A stretch of DNA of 64,000 nt from an uncultured Gemmatimonadaceae bacterium. GTDB taxonomy: Bacteria; Gemmatimonadota; Gemmatimonadetes; Gemmatimonadales; Gemmatimonadaceae. Below, piece after piece: positions 1 to 10,550 of the stretch (position 1 is the first letter of the stretch; every line of letters begins with the position of its first letter). The notes under the pieces are model-generated. The model saw only the letters and a program-made list of their open reading frames with translations, was not told the DNA's origin and did not search any database. The stretch lies in contig CAWJMB010000002.1 in the NCBI GenBank assembly GCA_963843845.1, forward strand, positions 1,216,001-1,280,000, in the 5' to 3' direction. The position numbers and the translations under genes were made by a program.

Positions 1-22
1 GACGGCCGCACGGGCCGCGATC

Positions 23-1117
23 TCAGGACGCATGCGCGTCGTCGTGCCGCTCGGGGCCGAGGAGGGAGAACGGGACGACGAAGCGCGACGGATACTCCTC
101 GACGATCGTCGAGGGCGATGCGCCGAGCAGCCGGTCCGCAGCCGGCCCCGGACGGACGCGCCCCAGGTACCACTGCGGTCGCTCGCTCGCGCCCCACCGC
201 GCCTTGTACTTGTACACCCCTTCGCGGCCCGGGCTCGACTGCCAGTTGAACCACTGCAGCCCGCGCGCGGCGAACGATCGGAACGCCGTCGCGAGCAGCA
301 GATTGTTCGGAGTGAGCAGCCGCGTGTCCTCGTCGTTCATGTCGTACGCCGACGAGAAGTAGTCCACCACGTCGCCCCCGACGAGGAAGAGCGATCCGCC
401 GAGGAGGCGGGATCCCATCGTGGCTGCCCAGAACTCGACGACGCCGGCAGCGCGCCCGCGTTCGAACGTCTCGCGGTGAAACGCCTCGTCGAGCGGACGC
501 GCGCCGATCTGCGCATATCGTTCGCGATAGATCACGAGCCAGCGTTCGAAGACGGCGGGGTCATCGCAGGGAGCGGCGCTGACGCCCGCCATCGTGGCGC
601 GCTCGACCGGTCGCGCGATCGCGCCCCGCCGTTTCCCGGACAGCTGCTCGATCGGGTGCGGATCGAGCGGCTGCACCTGCGCGAAGTTCTCGAACCGATA
701 CCCGCCGACGCGGCACGCCGCTTCGACGGCACCGAGCGCCGTCGTGCTCGCGAACGGAGAGAGGCCGACACCGACGGCCGCGGCGTCGTGGCCGGCCGCG
801 AACTCCTCGAGCCACGCGACGGCCGTCGCAGCCGCCTCCTCGTCGTCGACGAGCAGCGCGGGGCCTCCGTAGGAGACGAACGGCAGCGACGTGACCACGA
901 CGCCCGCCGGGCCGCGCTTGGCGACCGCGAGCAGCCACGCGACGAGCGCGTCCCCGCGAAACACCGCGACGCCATCCGCGTGCTCGCCGAGTGCCGTGAG
1001 GATGTCGAGCCACACAGGATGATGCTGGCCGAGCACGCCCGGGCGGCGGCACGCCGCTTCGACTTCAGCCCGGGCAGCGCGGATGGGGCGGGTGACGCAC
1101 GGCGCGCGAAGGGTCAT
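23..1117 (-). CDS. FemAB-like/GNAT-fold acyl- or aminoacyl-transferase (EPS associated)
   Basis: 364-aa ORF with SLPFVSYGGP, YFSSAY, PNNLLL and GVYKYKARWGA motifs typical of FemAB-related GNATs in polysaccharide loci. Confidence 0.75.
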   Translation of the reverse strand: MTLRAPCVTRPIRAARAEVEAACRRPGVLGQHHPVWLDILTALGEHADGVAVFRGDALVAWLLAVAKRGPAGVVVTSLPFVSYGGPALLVDDEEAAATAVAWLEEFAAGHDAAAVGVGLSPFASTTALGAVEAACRVGGYRFENFAQVQPLDPHPIEQLSGKRRGAIARPVERATMAGVSAAPCDDPAVFERWLVIYRERYAQIGARPLDEAFHRETFERGRAAGVVEFWAATMGSRLLGGSLFLVGGDVVDYFSSAYDMNDEDTRLLTPNNLLLATAFRSFAARGLQWFNWQSSPGREGVYKYKARWGASERPQWYLGRVRPGPAADRLLGASPSTIVEEYPSRFVVPFSLLGPERHDDAHAS

Positions 1118-1178
1118 GCCAGAGACTGGACAGGCGAGCAGGAGATCGGAACGAGCGCGAACGTTTCGGGACGGCAGC

Positions 1179-2504
1179 TCATAAGTGCAGCTCCACCAGC
1201 GGCGCCGCGACTCCGGTCGTCGACGCCCGCGCGTGCGGGCGTCGCCCTCTCACCATCGCGGTCGTGAGTGCACGCAGGCGCGCTGCCTGGATGTCGAAGT
1301 TGAACTCCTGCTCGGCGAGCGCACGGCTTCGCCGCTTCCACGTCTGCACCTGCTCCGGATGGTCGACGCAGTAGCGGAGCGCCCGCACGATCGTCGCCTC
1401 GCTGCATCCGTCCATCGTCATGCCGACACCGTGCTCGCGCGTGAACGGATCGAGGACGTACGACGCGCTCGACAGCAGGGCGAGCCCCGACGCCAGGTTC
1501 TCGTAGGTCTTGAACCCCATGTTGAACCGATGATTCGCGGAGTCGGGACAGGTCACGTTGACCCCGACGTCGAACTCCGTGCCGGCCTCCGCGAGCCGGT
1601 CCACGGGGAGCGGGTCGAGCATGCGCACGCGGTCGGAGAGCCCTTCTCGCTCGATCAGCTCTGCGATCGTCGAGGCGAGCGGCCCGATCCCGCGGATGGC
1701 GAGCGACGCGCCGTCGACGCTCCGCATCGCGCGCACCAGGTTCTCGATCCCGCGCCCGCGCTGCAATCCGCCGTGATAGTAGAACCGCATCGGCGTGTGC
1801 GGCTCCGGACGCGCTGCGGCGGCCGGGAGCTGCGGGCAGACGAGAATCTGTGCCGTCGCAGCGCGCGAGATGCCGTACCGGCGCACGAGGATCGCCCCCG
1901 TCTTCACGTGCGGAACGATCGACGAGTAGGCCCGCCGCACGCCGAACTGCTCGATGGCCGCGAGTGTGAGGCTGTGACTCGGCGAGTAGTCGTCGAACTG
2001 CTTCGGCCAGATCTCGTACATGTAGTAGCCGAACCGGCACCGCCACAGCTTCGAGAGCATCCACCCCGCCACGAGGACGTCCGCGTCGATCGCATAGATG
2101 GCGTCGGCGCGGATCGAACGCAGGTGCGTGAACGCCGTCAGCGCGTCGGAGACGTGGGTGCGGATCACCCCCCACGCGACTCGGCGAGGCGGCGCAGCGG
2201 GGGCGTCGTCGCGCACCGCCGCCGCCGGTCCGACCGCCTCGCCGTCGGCCGACGTGGCGCGCCCCGTGAGGCGTCGACGGATCGATCGGAGCAGCGCGCG
2301 CGCGCGCAGCGCGACGTTGCCGTCGTGCGGCCCGAAGATGGTCGTGGCGTGAATGCCGGGGATCGCGGCCTCGGTGGCTTCGGGGTCGGCGCAGGCCACC
2401 GTCACGCGGTACTCGGGCATCAGGGCGCGCGCGAACATCGCGATCACCGGGTTCCGCGCGGCGGGCATGTTCGCGATCAGGAGGACGTGCTGCGGCTTCT
2501 TCAT
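1179..2504 (-). CDS. Glycosyltransferase family 4 (GT-B)
   Basis: YHGGLQRGRGIENLVRA and KTYENLASGL (GT4 C-terminal motif). Confidence 0.85.
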   Translation of the reverse strand: MKKPQHVLLIANMPAARNPVIAMFARALMPEYRVTVACADPEATEAAIPGIHATTIFGPHDGNVALRARALLRSIRRRLTGRATSADGEAVGPAAAVRDDAPAAPPRRVAWGVIRTHVSDALTAFTHLRSIRADAIYAIDADVLVAGWMLSKLWRCRFGYYMYEIWPKQFDDYSPSHSLTLAAIEQFGVRRAYSSIVPHVKTGAILVRRYGISRAATAQILVCPQLPAAAARPEPHTPMRFYYHGGLQRGRGIENLVRAMRSVDGASLAIRGIGPLASTIAELIEREGLSDRVRMLDPLPVDRLAEAGTEFDVGVNVTCPDSANHRFNMGFKTYENLASGLALLSSASYVLDPFTREHGVGMTMDGCSEATIVRALRYCVDHPEQVQTWKRRSRALAEQEFNFDIQAARLRALTTAMVRGRRPHARASTTGVAAPLVELHL

Positions 2505-2535
2505 CGAGGTCGGGTGGCGCGGGATGGCGCGGTCG

Positions 2536-3993
2536 TCAGGCGCCGCGCGTCGCGAGGCGGAAGCGCTTCACGAGCGTCCCGCGGATCGGCGAGACGAGCA
2601 CGAGCGCGGTGGCGAACACGATGAGCGCGGCGGTCTTGATCGCGACCGCTTCCACGAGTCCGCGCCCCGCGGTCACGCGCTGCAGCATGAGTCCTGCGGC
2701 GAGCGTCGCTCCAGGCACCGCGACCGTCAGCCACGAGCGGTACGGGATGGGATAGAGTCGCTGCGAGCGCCACAACAGGTACAGGGGGAGGATCGCCTGC
2801 GACAGCAGCGTCGCGATCGCCGCGCCGACGCGGCCGTACGGAGGGATGAGCGCGAAGTTGAGCGCGACGTTCGCGACGGCGGCGAGCGCGAACGCGTGCA
2901 GCAGCGGTCGCGTGTCGCGCGCGAGCATCGCACCGAGGCCGGTGATCTGGAACAGCCCGGCCATCACGTAGCCGACGGCGATCCACGGCACCACGTTCGC
3001 CGCCGCGTAGTAGCGCGCGGTCGCGAGCAGGCGGAGCGCCTCGGGCGCGAACGCGGAGAGCCCGAGGGCGAGGAAGCACGACCCGGCGAGAAACAGCTCC
3101 ATCACGACCGCGTACGTCCGCCGCGCGTCCGGCTGGTCCTTGATCGAGAACGCGAACGCGCTCCACGCGTTCTGGAAGGCCTGCGTGACGAGCGTCAACG
3201 ACGCGCCGATCGCGATCCCGATCGAGTAGAGCCCGACCTCGTCGACGCTCCAGTACTCGGCCACGAAGTAGCGGTCGACGAGGGCGATGGTCCACGAGAA
3301 CAGGGCGGTCGGCACCATCGGGAGCGAGTAGCGCAGCATCGAGCGGAGCAGCGGCAGCTGAAAGCCGCGCGGTGCGATCCACGCGCCGACGAGTCGCACC
3401 GCGACGATTCCGATCACGAGGCGAGTCAGCAGGATCGACAGGTAGTTCCCGAGAATCCCGAGCCGGAGCTTGAGCACGAAGACGAGCGTCAGCGTCAGCG
3501 AGAGCCCGGAGGAGAGCAGCATCGTGCCGAGCGCCCGCCACGGACGGCGGTGCATCCGCGCGTGGTTCGTCACGACCGTCTCGAACGCCGACAGTGGCAG
3601 CGCAGCGACGGCGACCATGAGGAGGGTGTGGGCGTCGGGGCGGCCGGTGAGCGACCGGACGGCCGTCCCGCCGAACAACGCCACGCCGCAGGCGAGCACG
3701 GTGGCGAACACGAGTTGCGTCCAGAACCAGGTCGCGACCGCGGCGCGCTGCTCGTCCTCGTTCGTCGTGTCGTAGAACCAGCGAAACGCCGCCGAATCGA
3801 GCGCGAGGACGGCGAGCGGTGCGAGCACCGCGACCGTGCTGTCGATGAGGCTCAGCGCGCCGTAGTCCGCCGGGATGAACACCCGCGTGTACAACGGCGT
3901 GAGGAAGATCGAGACGAGCCGCTGCGCGAGTGGCGCGATGCCGTAGATCGCGCTCTCCGACGCCAACTGGCCCAGTCGTGCCCGAATGCTCAT
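2536..3993 (-). CDS. Wzx-type oligosaccharide flippase
   Basis: Start refined to MSIRARLGQLASESAIYG; PLYTRVFIPADYG, DRYFV...EVGLYSIG and LIPPYGRVGAAIAT motifs; many TM segments. Confidence 0.88.
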   Translation of the reverse strand: MSIRARLGQLASESAIYGIAPLAQRLVSIFLTPLYTRVFIPADYGALSLIDSTVAVLAPLAVLALDSAAFRWFYDTTNEDEQRAAVATWFWTQLVFATVLACGVALFGGTAVRSLTGRPDAHTLLMVAVAALPLSAFETVVTNHARMHRRPWRALGTMLLSSGLSLTLTLVFVLKLRLGILGNYLSILLTRLVIGIVAVRLVGAWIAPRGFQLPLLRSMLRYSLPMVPTALFSWTIALVDRYFVAEYWSVDEVGLYSIGIAIGASLTLVTQAFQNAWSAFAFSIKDQPDARRTYAVVMELFLAGSCFLALGLSAFAPEALRLLATARYYAAANVVPWIAVGYVMAGLFQITGLGAMLARDTRPLLHAFALAAVANVALNFALIPPYGRVGAAIATLLSQAILPLYLLWRSQRLYPIPYRSWLTVAVPGATLAAGLMLQRVTAGRGLVEAVAIKTAALIVFATALVLVSPIRGTLVKRFRLATRGA

Positions 3994-4079
3994 GACGAGA
4001 TCGGGACGACGGGCGAGAGGGGTCGAGGTCGGGACATGCGGCGCGGGGGCACGAGGCGGAACGAGGACGGCGAGGAATC

Positions 4080-5303
4080 TTAATCGTCGAGGGAGCGCGC
4101 ATTCGCGTCGCCCCGGGTCACCACCGCTGAGACGAGCCGTCGAGCGCCGCGCAACGCCTGCTCGCCGCCCCGATCGGGAGCCGTGGCGCGGGCCGTCCAG
4201 TAGATCGCAGGGACCGCGAGCGCCGCGAGCCACACCGCGCTGATGACCGGCGCGAGGGAGGAGTCGAGCGACGGGATACCCGTGATCGTCGCCCACGCGA
4301 TGGAGGGGCCGAGGCGCAGCACGGCTCGGCGGGTGGCCGACCGCGTGTGAATCGAGAGGCGCAGCGCGTCCCCGTCGGCTTCACCACGGATCGTGTAGCG
4401 TTCCCCGGTGTCGGTCGCGGCCGGAATCGCGTCGCGCACCGTCAGCCACAACGGACGGAGGCTCGCCGCACGCCCGCGGAGCGCGGTGCCGAGTATCGCG
4501 TCGCGACCGCGCACGCCGAGGATGAACGACGGCGTCGTGTCGCCCGGGCGGTGCACGAAGAGGAGGGGATGGAACCGCGCGCTGCCGCCATCGCCGACGG
4601 CGGACACCGTCGCCTCGAACCTCGCACCGACCGGTGTCCTGACGATCACGGGACCGGAGCTCCGGTGCGGGATGCGGTGGCCGTTCACGACCACCGTGTC
4701 GACGGTTCCGGCGAACCAGCCGAACGCTGGCGCGGACGGAAGCTCGCCGACGACAGAGGGAAAGGGTGTCGTGTCGAGCCGCCGCGTCGTCGCCCACGCC
4801 GCGCCTGCGACCGTCGCCGCCCACACGCCGGCCGCAGCCACGGCGAGCCGGCGCGCCAGCACGCGGTCCGGCGCCAGCAGGCGCTCGGCGTGGGACGCGA
4901 CCACGGCGCCGACGAGCGCGCCGAGCGAGTTCGTCAGGAAGTCGCTCAGCGTCCCGAACCGTCCCACGATGACGAAGAATTGCGCCAGCTCGATCACCAG
5001 CGAGGTCGCCGCACCGAGCAGCAGCGCCGTGCTGACGCCGAGCCCCCCGAGTCGGAGGCCGACGCCGAGCGGAAGGAAGAGCAGCACGTTCGCGATGATG
5101 TCCGCTCCGCCGTTCGACCCGCAGACGATGCACATCGGTGGAACGCGCAGGCGGGCGTCTCCAGGCTGCGGCATCAGCGTGAGCCAGCAGATCACCGTCA
5201 GCCCCGCGACAGCCAGCCCCCGCCCTGCTGCACGCAGCCGCCTACCCGCTGCGTGTGACCATCGGTGTCGCACGCCCGCTACTTGCCCGAGTTCCATTGC
5301 CAT
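4080..5303 (-). CDS. VanZ-family membrane protein with extended C-terminal region
   Basis: DIIANVLLFLPLG, SLVIELAQFF..GRFGTLSDFLTNSLGA; start uncertain. Confidence 0.75.
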   Translation of the reverse strand: MAMELGQVAGVRHRWSHAAGRRLRAAGRGLAVAGLTVICWLTLMPQPGDARLRVPPMCIVCGSNGGADIIANVLLFLPLGVGLRLGGLGVSTALLLGAATSLVIELAQFFVIVGRFGTLSDFLTNSLGALVGAVVASHAERLLAPDRVLARRLAVAAAGVWAATVAGAAWATTRRLDTTPFPSVVGELPSAPAFGWFAGTVDTVVVNGHRIPHRSSGPVIVRTPVGARFEATVSAVGDGGSARFHPLLFVHRPGDTTPSFILGVRGRDAILGTALRGRAASLRPLWLTVRDAIPAATDTGERYTIRGEADGDALRLSIHTRSATRRAVLRLGPSIAWATITGIPSLDSSLAPVISAVWLAALAVPAIYWTARATAPDRGGEQALRGARRLVSAVVTRGDANARSLDD

Positions 5304-5508
5304 ACCAGTTTCAGACGCCGAACCCGCCGTGGACGCCTGACGTGTCCTGTCCTGGCGGACCGGCGGTGTTGGTCGCACGGCGCGTTGCGTCGCCGCGCCA
5401 TGAGGCGTCCATCTGTCGGCACCGACCGGAATGATTCCGGTCGTACCCCGTGCGCGGTGTCGCGGCCGAGCGCCGACACCAACTTCTTTCCTCTCCGGCA
5501 GGGTCTCC

Positions 5509-6039
5509 GTGTTATCGGACGAGAATATCTCCCGCGTCGCGCAGGCGCTCTATCCCGTCGCGTTCCTGCTGGTCATGATTCCGCTGCTCGACCTGGGCAT
5601 TCGTACGTTCCCGCCGCAGCCGGGGTCGCTGCAGTGGCGGTTCGTCTTCGCCGGCCAGTTGCTCGGCAGCATCGGAACGATGCTGCTCGGGACCGGACTG
5701 CTCGCGTTCTTCTCGGCGCTGCGGGGCAATCGGACCGCCTTGCGCATTATCGGGTATGTGTCGTTCGTCGTCGCGGCGCTGCTGATCGCGCTGCTCGTGC
5801 TGTTCGCCCTCGACGCCCTCCAGATGCGGCAGCTCGCCGGCATCAACGCCAAGCGCACGATCTTCCTGTCGTCGCTCGGCGCTGGCGTCGCGGGCGTCAT
5901 CGGGATCGTCGCGCTCATCTCGATCGGCCGCGGCACGCTGGCCGTGTCGCGCGGCGCGTCGGCGACGACCGCGCGCCGCACGCGCCCAGCCGCCTCGACG
6001 CTCGTCGTCGCGAGCCAGGGCTCGGGCGACAGCGTGTAA
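5509..6039 (+). CDS. Hypothetical 4-TM membrane protein upstream of exosortase
   Basis: Four hydrophobic helices in ORF 5431-6039; GTG at 5509 is the likely start. Confidence 0.65.
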   Translation: MLSDENISRVAQALYPVAFLLVMIPLLDLGIRTFPPQPGSLQWRFVFAGQLLGSIGTMLLGTGLLAFFSALRGNRTALRIIGYVSFVVAALLIALLVLFALDALQMRQLAGINAKRTIFLSSLGAGVAGVIGIVALISIGRGTLAVSRGASATTARRTRPAASTLVVASQGSGDSV

Positions 6040-6075
6040 ACGGACGGTCTGACTTTTTTCCCCGAGCCATTCGGC

Positions 6076-7135
6076 ATGTCCACACAGGTCGGCGCGGTCG
6101 CGCCGAATGCGCTGTCGTCCGGCACGTCCGGCGCGGCATCGATCGGCGCGGTGGCGACCGATGCCTCCGCGCTGACGTCGGCCGGCGGCGCGACGGCGCC
6201 TGGCGCCTCGTCCTCGCGCGCGATCGCGTTCCGCATGCCGTCGCCGTCCGTGCTCGTGATGGCGGCGCTCTTCGCGTGGCTCTACGCGCGGCCGATGTAC
6301 CTCCTCGGACGCGACTGGTGGAACAACCCGGAGGCTGGACACGGGCTGCTGCTCGCGCCGCTCGCGCTCTGGTTCGCGTGGAAGAGCGGCATCCACCCGG
6401 ACGCGCGGCCGAACCGGCTCGTGGGCTTCGCGCTGATCCTCGGCGGCGTGTTCTTTCGCTACGTGTCGGACCTCGCCGCCGAGCTGTTCACGATGCGCGG
6501 CTCGATGCTGATGGCGGCGGCCGGGCTCGTCGTCGTGGTACTTCGGCTTCCGGCAGCTGCTGCGCTGGTGGCTGCCGTTCACGCTGCTCGCGCTGTCGAT
6601 CCCGCTCCCCGAGCTGATCCTCAGCCGCATCGCGCTGCCGCTGCAGTTCATGGCGTCGAAGATCGGCGCGGCGCTGCTCGCGTGGCGCGAGATCCCGGTG
6701 CTGCTGACCGGGAACGTCATCCGCATCCCCGGCCACGAGCTGTTCGTCGCCGAGGCGTGCAGCGGGCTCCGCTCGCTCACCGCGCTGCTCAGCCTCGGCG
6801 TCCTGCTCGGCGCGATCACGCTCGCGTACCCGATCAGCCGCGCTCCTGCTGCTCGCGTCGGCCATCCCGGTGGCGATCGTGCTGAACGGCTTCCGCGTGT
6901 TCCTGACCGGCTTCCTCGTCTCGTTCGTCGATCCGAAGCTCGGCGAGGGCTTCATGCACCTCACCGAGGGGTGGCTGATCTTCCTCGTCGCGTTCGTGAT
7001 CCTCGGCGGCGTCGCCTGGGGGTGTCGGCGGTCGAGCGCTGGTGGCAGCATCGCAACGATCCGAAGCCGCCGGCCGACGACTCGGACGATTTCGACGACT
7101 CGGCGGAGTTCGAGGCGGGGATGGCTCATGCGTGA
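6076..7135 (+). CDS. Exosortase (EpsH/Xrt family), split by apparent indels near 6535, 6840 and 7020
   Basis: WWNNPEAGHGLLLAP, catalytic VAEACSGLRSL, NGFRV and FMHLTEGW pieces in successive frames. Confidence 0.85.
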
Positions 7136-7811
7136 CGCGTCTCGCTTCGTGCCGGCCGCGCTGCTCGGCGTCGGCTGCCTGCATGATCTCCGGCGTGCGC
7201 GAGCAGAAGCGGTGCCGCCGCTCGGTCGGCGATGAGCGGCGCTCGACGTCGCGGTGCCCGGCTACGCGACGCGCGACACGTCGATCGACGCCGACGAGCA
7301 GCGGATCGCCGGGATGAGCGACTACGTATCGCTCCGCGCTGTTCCAGCGCGACACGGCCGGCTCGGCGGGTTCAGCATCTACGTCGGGTACTACGAGCAT
7401 CAGGTGCAGGGGAAGACGATCCACTCGCCGAAGAACTGCCTGCCGGGCGCCGGCTGGGAGGCGCTCGAGCGCCACCGTGCAGCCCGTCGCCGTCGGCGGT
7501 CGCGACGCACCCGGTCAACCGCTACCTGCTCGCGAACAAGGGGCCCAGGCGCTGGTGTACTACTGGTACCAGGGCCGCGGCCGGATCGAGGCGAACGAGT
7601 ACAGGTGAAGTGGAACCTGCTGCACGACGCGGCGATGTACGGGCGGACCGAGGAGGCGCTCGTCCGCATCGTCGTCCCGATCGACCCGGACGCGCTCCAC
7701 ACCACCGGACCGGCGGCCACCTACGCCGCGGCCGACTCGCTCGCCACGCGCATCACGCGCCAGCTCATCCCCACCGTCGCGAACGCGATTCCGACGAGCC
7801 CGGCGGGCTGA
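7128..7811 (+). CDS. Exosortase-associated EpsI-family protein (frameshifted)
   Basis: IYVGYYEHQVQGKTIHSPKNCLPGAGW, LVYYWYQGRGR, GRTEEALVRIVVP. Confidence 0.8.
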
Positions 7812-7832
7812 TCGACCTCCGACCGTTTTCTC

Positions 7833-8895
7833 GTGCGATTGCTCCACGTAGTCGGCGCGCGGCCGAATTTCCCGAAGCTCGCGCCCGTTCACCGCGCTGC
7901 CCGCGCGCGTGGCCTCGACCAGATCGTCGTTCACACCGGACAGCACTACGACGAATCGCTCTCGTCCGGGTTCTTTCGCGATCTCGGCATTCCTGCCCCT
8001 GACATCAATCTGACGGTCGGCTCCGCGTCGCATGCCGTGCAGACGGCGCGCATCATGGAGCGCATCGAGCCCGTCATCGCCGAGCAGCGGCCCGACTGGG
8101 TCGTCGTGTACGGCGACGTCAACTCGACGATGGCCGCGGCGATCGTCGCGTCGAAGCTGGGCGTGCGGATCGCGCACGTCGAGGCGGGGTTGCGGAGCCA
8201 CGATCGCACCATGCCGGAGGAGATCAACCGGCTCGTCACCGATCGTCTCTCCGACCTGCTCCTGACCCCGTCGCGCGACGCCGACGAGGGGCTCCGCGGC
8301 GGAGGGTGAGCCGGACAGCGAGATCGTCTTCGTCGGCAACGTGATGGTCGACTCGCTGCTCCACGCGCTTCCGACCGCCCGCGCGACGGGTTTTCGCGCG
8401 AAGCTCGGATTCGACGACGGCGAACCCGTGGTCGTGACGCTGCACCGGCCGTCGAACGTGGACGACCCGGCACGCCTCGCCCGCATCGCGCTCGCGTTGC
8501 GCGAGATCGCGGCGGATGCCCCCGTCGTGTTCCCGGCCCACCCGCGAACGCGGCAGCGGCTCGCCGCGACCAACGTGGATCTCGGGAACGTCACGGTGCT
8601 CGATCCGGTGACGTACTTCGAGATGCTCGACCTGACGGCCGGCGCGCGCGCCGTCGTGACGGATTCCGGCGGCCTCCAGGAGGAGACGACCGTGCTCGGC
8701 GTGCCGTGCTTCACGGTACGGTACAACACCGAGCGGCCGGTCACGATCACGGACGGAACGAACATGTTGACGCCCGAGCCCGAGGACGTTCCGCCGCTCG
8801 TGCGGACCGCACGCCGCCCAGCCGACCCGCGACGCCCGGAAGGGTGGGACGGTTCCGCCGGTGAGCGCGTCGTGGACGCGCTCACGACGCGCTAG
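7833..8895 (+). CDS. wecB: UDP-N-acetylglucosamine 2-epimerase (non-hydrolysing); one indel near 8300
   Basis: VVGARPNFPK, HTGQHYD, YGDVNST, HVEAGLRS, MPEEINR; second frame TLHRPSNVD, TDSGGLQEE, NTERP. Confidence 0.92.
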
Positions 8896-8917
8896 CGACG
8901 GCGTGGGAGCGAGCGCC

Positions 8918-10369
8918 GTGTCGCAGCGCGGTCGAGGCGTTGCGCCCGAACCCTTCCACGTCAGCGCGGCCGAGCATCCGGCTCCGGCCCGCCGACTCCT
9001 ACTCGTCTCGGCGCACTTCCCGCCGTCGTCGGCGGTCGGCGCACTGCGATGGGAGAAGATGGCGCACGTCGCGGTCGAGCGCGGCTGGGGCGTCGACGTG
9101 TTGTGCGCGGACCCGGCGGATGCGGTGTCGCCAGACAGCAGCCGGCTCGCCGATCTGCCGCCGCATGTCCGTGTGTTCACGCTGCCGCGCTATCGACCCG
9201 CTGCGGGCGACGGGGCGGTCGAGCAACTCCTGCGAGCGGCCTGGGCGTGGCGGCGACAGGCGGCGCCGGGCGGCGCCGTGCAGACCGCAGCCGCGCCAGC
9301 ATCGTCGGCACCGCGCGCTGCCGGGAGCACGGAACAGGGCGTGCCGCGCGAACAGGCGCTCGCCCCGTGGCAGGGCGTGCTCGGACTTCGCCGCGCCTAC
9401 TTCTCGTCGCGGTGGCAGCGAAGCGTCGAGGACGCGGCGGCGAGCGCGGCAGCGCTCGGGCTGCGGGTGGCCGACGGCTCACACCGCCTCGTCGTCACGT
9501 CGGGACCTCCTCACTTCGCGCACCTCGCGGGCGCCAGTCTCTCCCGGTCGCTCGGCATTCCGTTCGTGATGGACATGCGCGACCCCTGGAGTCTGGGCGA
9601 GCGATTCGCCGTCGACCTCGGCAGCACCGTGTTCGCGCGCGACTCGATACGCAATGAACGACGCGCGGTCGCCGGTGCGTCGCTCGTGGTCTGCAACACC
9701 GAGCTTGCGTCGCAGGCGCTGCGCGGCGCGCACCCCGACGCTGCCTCGCGGGTGATCACGGTGATGAACGGCGCCGACGACGAGCCGCTCCCGGCACCGA
9801 CCGAGCGCGGCGCGTTCGTGCTGGCCTACGCGGGTGCGATCTACTTCGATCGCGACCCAGCCCCGCTGTTCCGCGCGATCCGCCGCGTCGTCGACGACCT
9901 CGGCCTCTCCCCATCCGAGCTCCGAGCGGAGTTCATGGGACCGATCGATCCGTCGCCCGACGCCCTGCACGCGCTGGCGCTCGAGCTCGGACTCACCGAC
10001 TACGTGCGCCATCATGCAGCGCGTCCGCGTCGCGAGGCATTGCAGTTCCTCGCCAACGCGACGATGCTCGTCTCGCTGCCACAGGACACCGAGACGGCGA
10101 TCCCGTCGAAGGTCTTCGAGTACTCGCGGTTCGACGCATGGTTGCTCGCCCTCGCACGCCCTGGCAGCGCGACCGCACTCGTCCTCGACGGAAGCGCCGC
10201 CGACGTCGTGGCCCCCGACGACGCGGAGCGGCTCGCGTCGGTCATTCGACGCCGCGTCGAGGAGCACAGAGCCGGGATGCGCCCGGTGGCCGTGGGCGGC
10301 GACGGGCGCTTCAGTCGCCGCCGGCAGGCGACGATACTCTTCGATCGGATAGAATCGCTGGTCGGCTGA
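8918..10369 (+). CDS. Glycosyltransferase family 4-like
   Basis: LLLVSAHFPPSSAVGALRW, VTSGPPH, DMRDPW, YAGAIY, IPSKVFEY; start approximate. Confidence 0.82.
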   Translation: MSQRGRGVAPEPFHVSAAEHPAPARRLLLVSAHFPPSSAVGALRWEKMAHVAVERGWGVDVLCADPADAVSPDSSRLADLPPHVRVFTLPRYRPAAGDGAVEQLLRAAWAWRRQAAPGGAVQTAAAPASSAPRAAGSTEQGVPREQALAPWQGVLGLRRAYFSSRWQRSVEDAAASAAALGLRVADGSHRLVVTSGPPHFAHLAGASLSRSLGIPFVMDMRDPWSLGERFAVDLGSTVFARDSIRNERRAVAGASLVVCNTELASQALRGAHPDAASRVITVMNGADDEPLPAPTERGAFVLAYAGAIYFDRDPAPLFRAIRRVVDDLGLSPSELRAEFMGPIDPSPDALHALALELGLTDYVRHHAARPRREALQFLANATMLVSLPQDTETAIPSKVFEYSRFDAWLLALARPGSATALVLDGSAADVVAPDDAERLASVIRRRVEEHRAGMRPVAVGGDGRFSRRRQATILFDRIESLVG

Positions 10370-10415
10370 CGCCGACGGCGATCCACGCACGTGCGCATTC
10401 GTCTCGGCTGGAGCG

Positions 10416-10545
10416 GTTCCACCGAGATCGATTGACAAAGGCAAACCCGCCGAAAGGCGGGGACGCAAAGCTACGGGGCTACCGCGCGTGCGATCGATCG
10501 CATGCGCCACGCTCGCCGGGCCGCCAAACGATCCACGGTCGGAGC
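10416..10545 (+). ncRNA. Cyclic-di-GMP-I (GEMM) riboswitch
   Basis: GGCAAACCCGCC-GAAA-GGCGGG-GACGCAAAG P2 with GNRA loop, P3 ending GCCGGGCCGCC, P1 GATCG/CGATC. G10440, A10467 and C10524 align with ligand-contact G20, A47 and C92 of the Vc2 aptamer. Confidence 0.92.
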
Positions 10546-10550
10546 TTCAG

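Noticed and set aside
10416..10545. 3'3'-cGAMP (GEMM-Ib) specificity, or TTGACA at 10432 as a promoter
   Set aside because: The position-20 equivalent (10440) is G, as in c-di-GMP binders; the TTGACA lies within the aptamer P1 strand and has no matching -10
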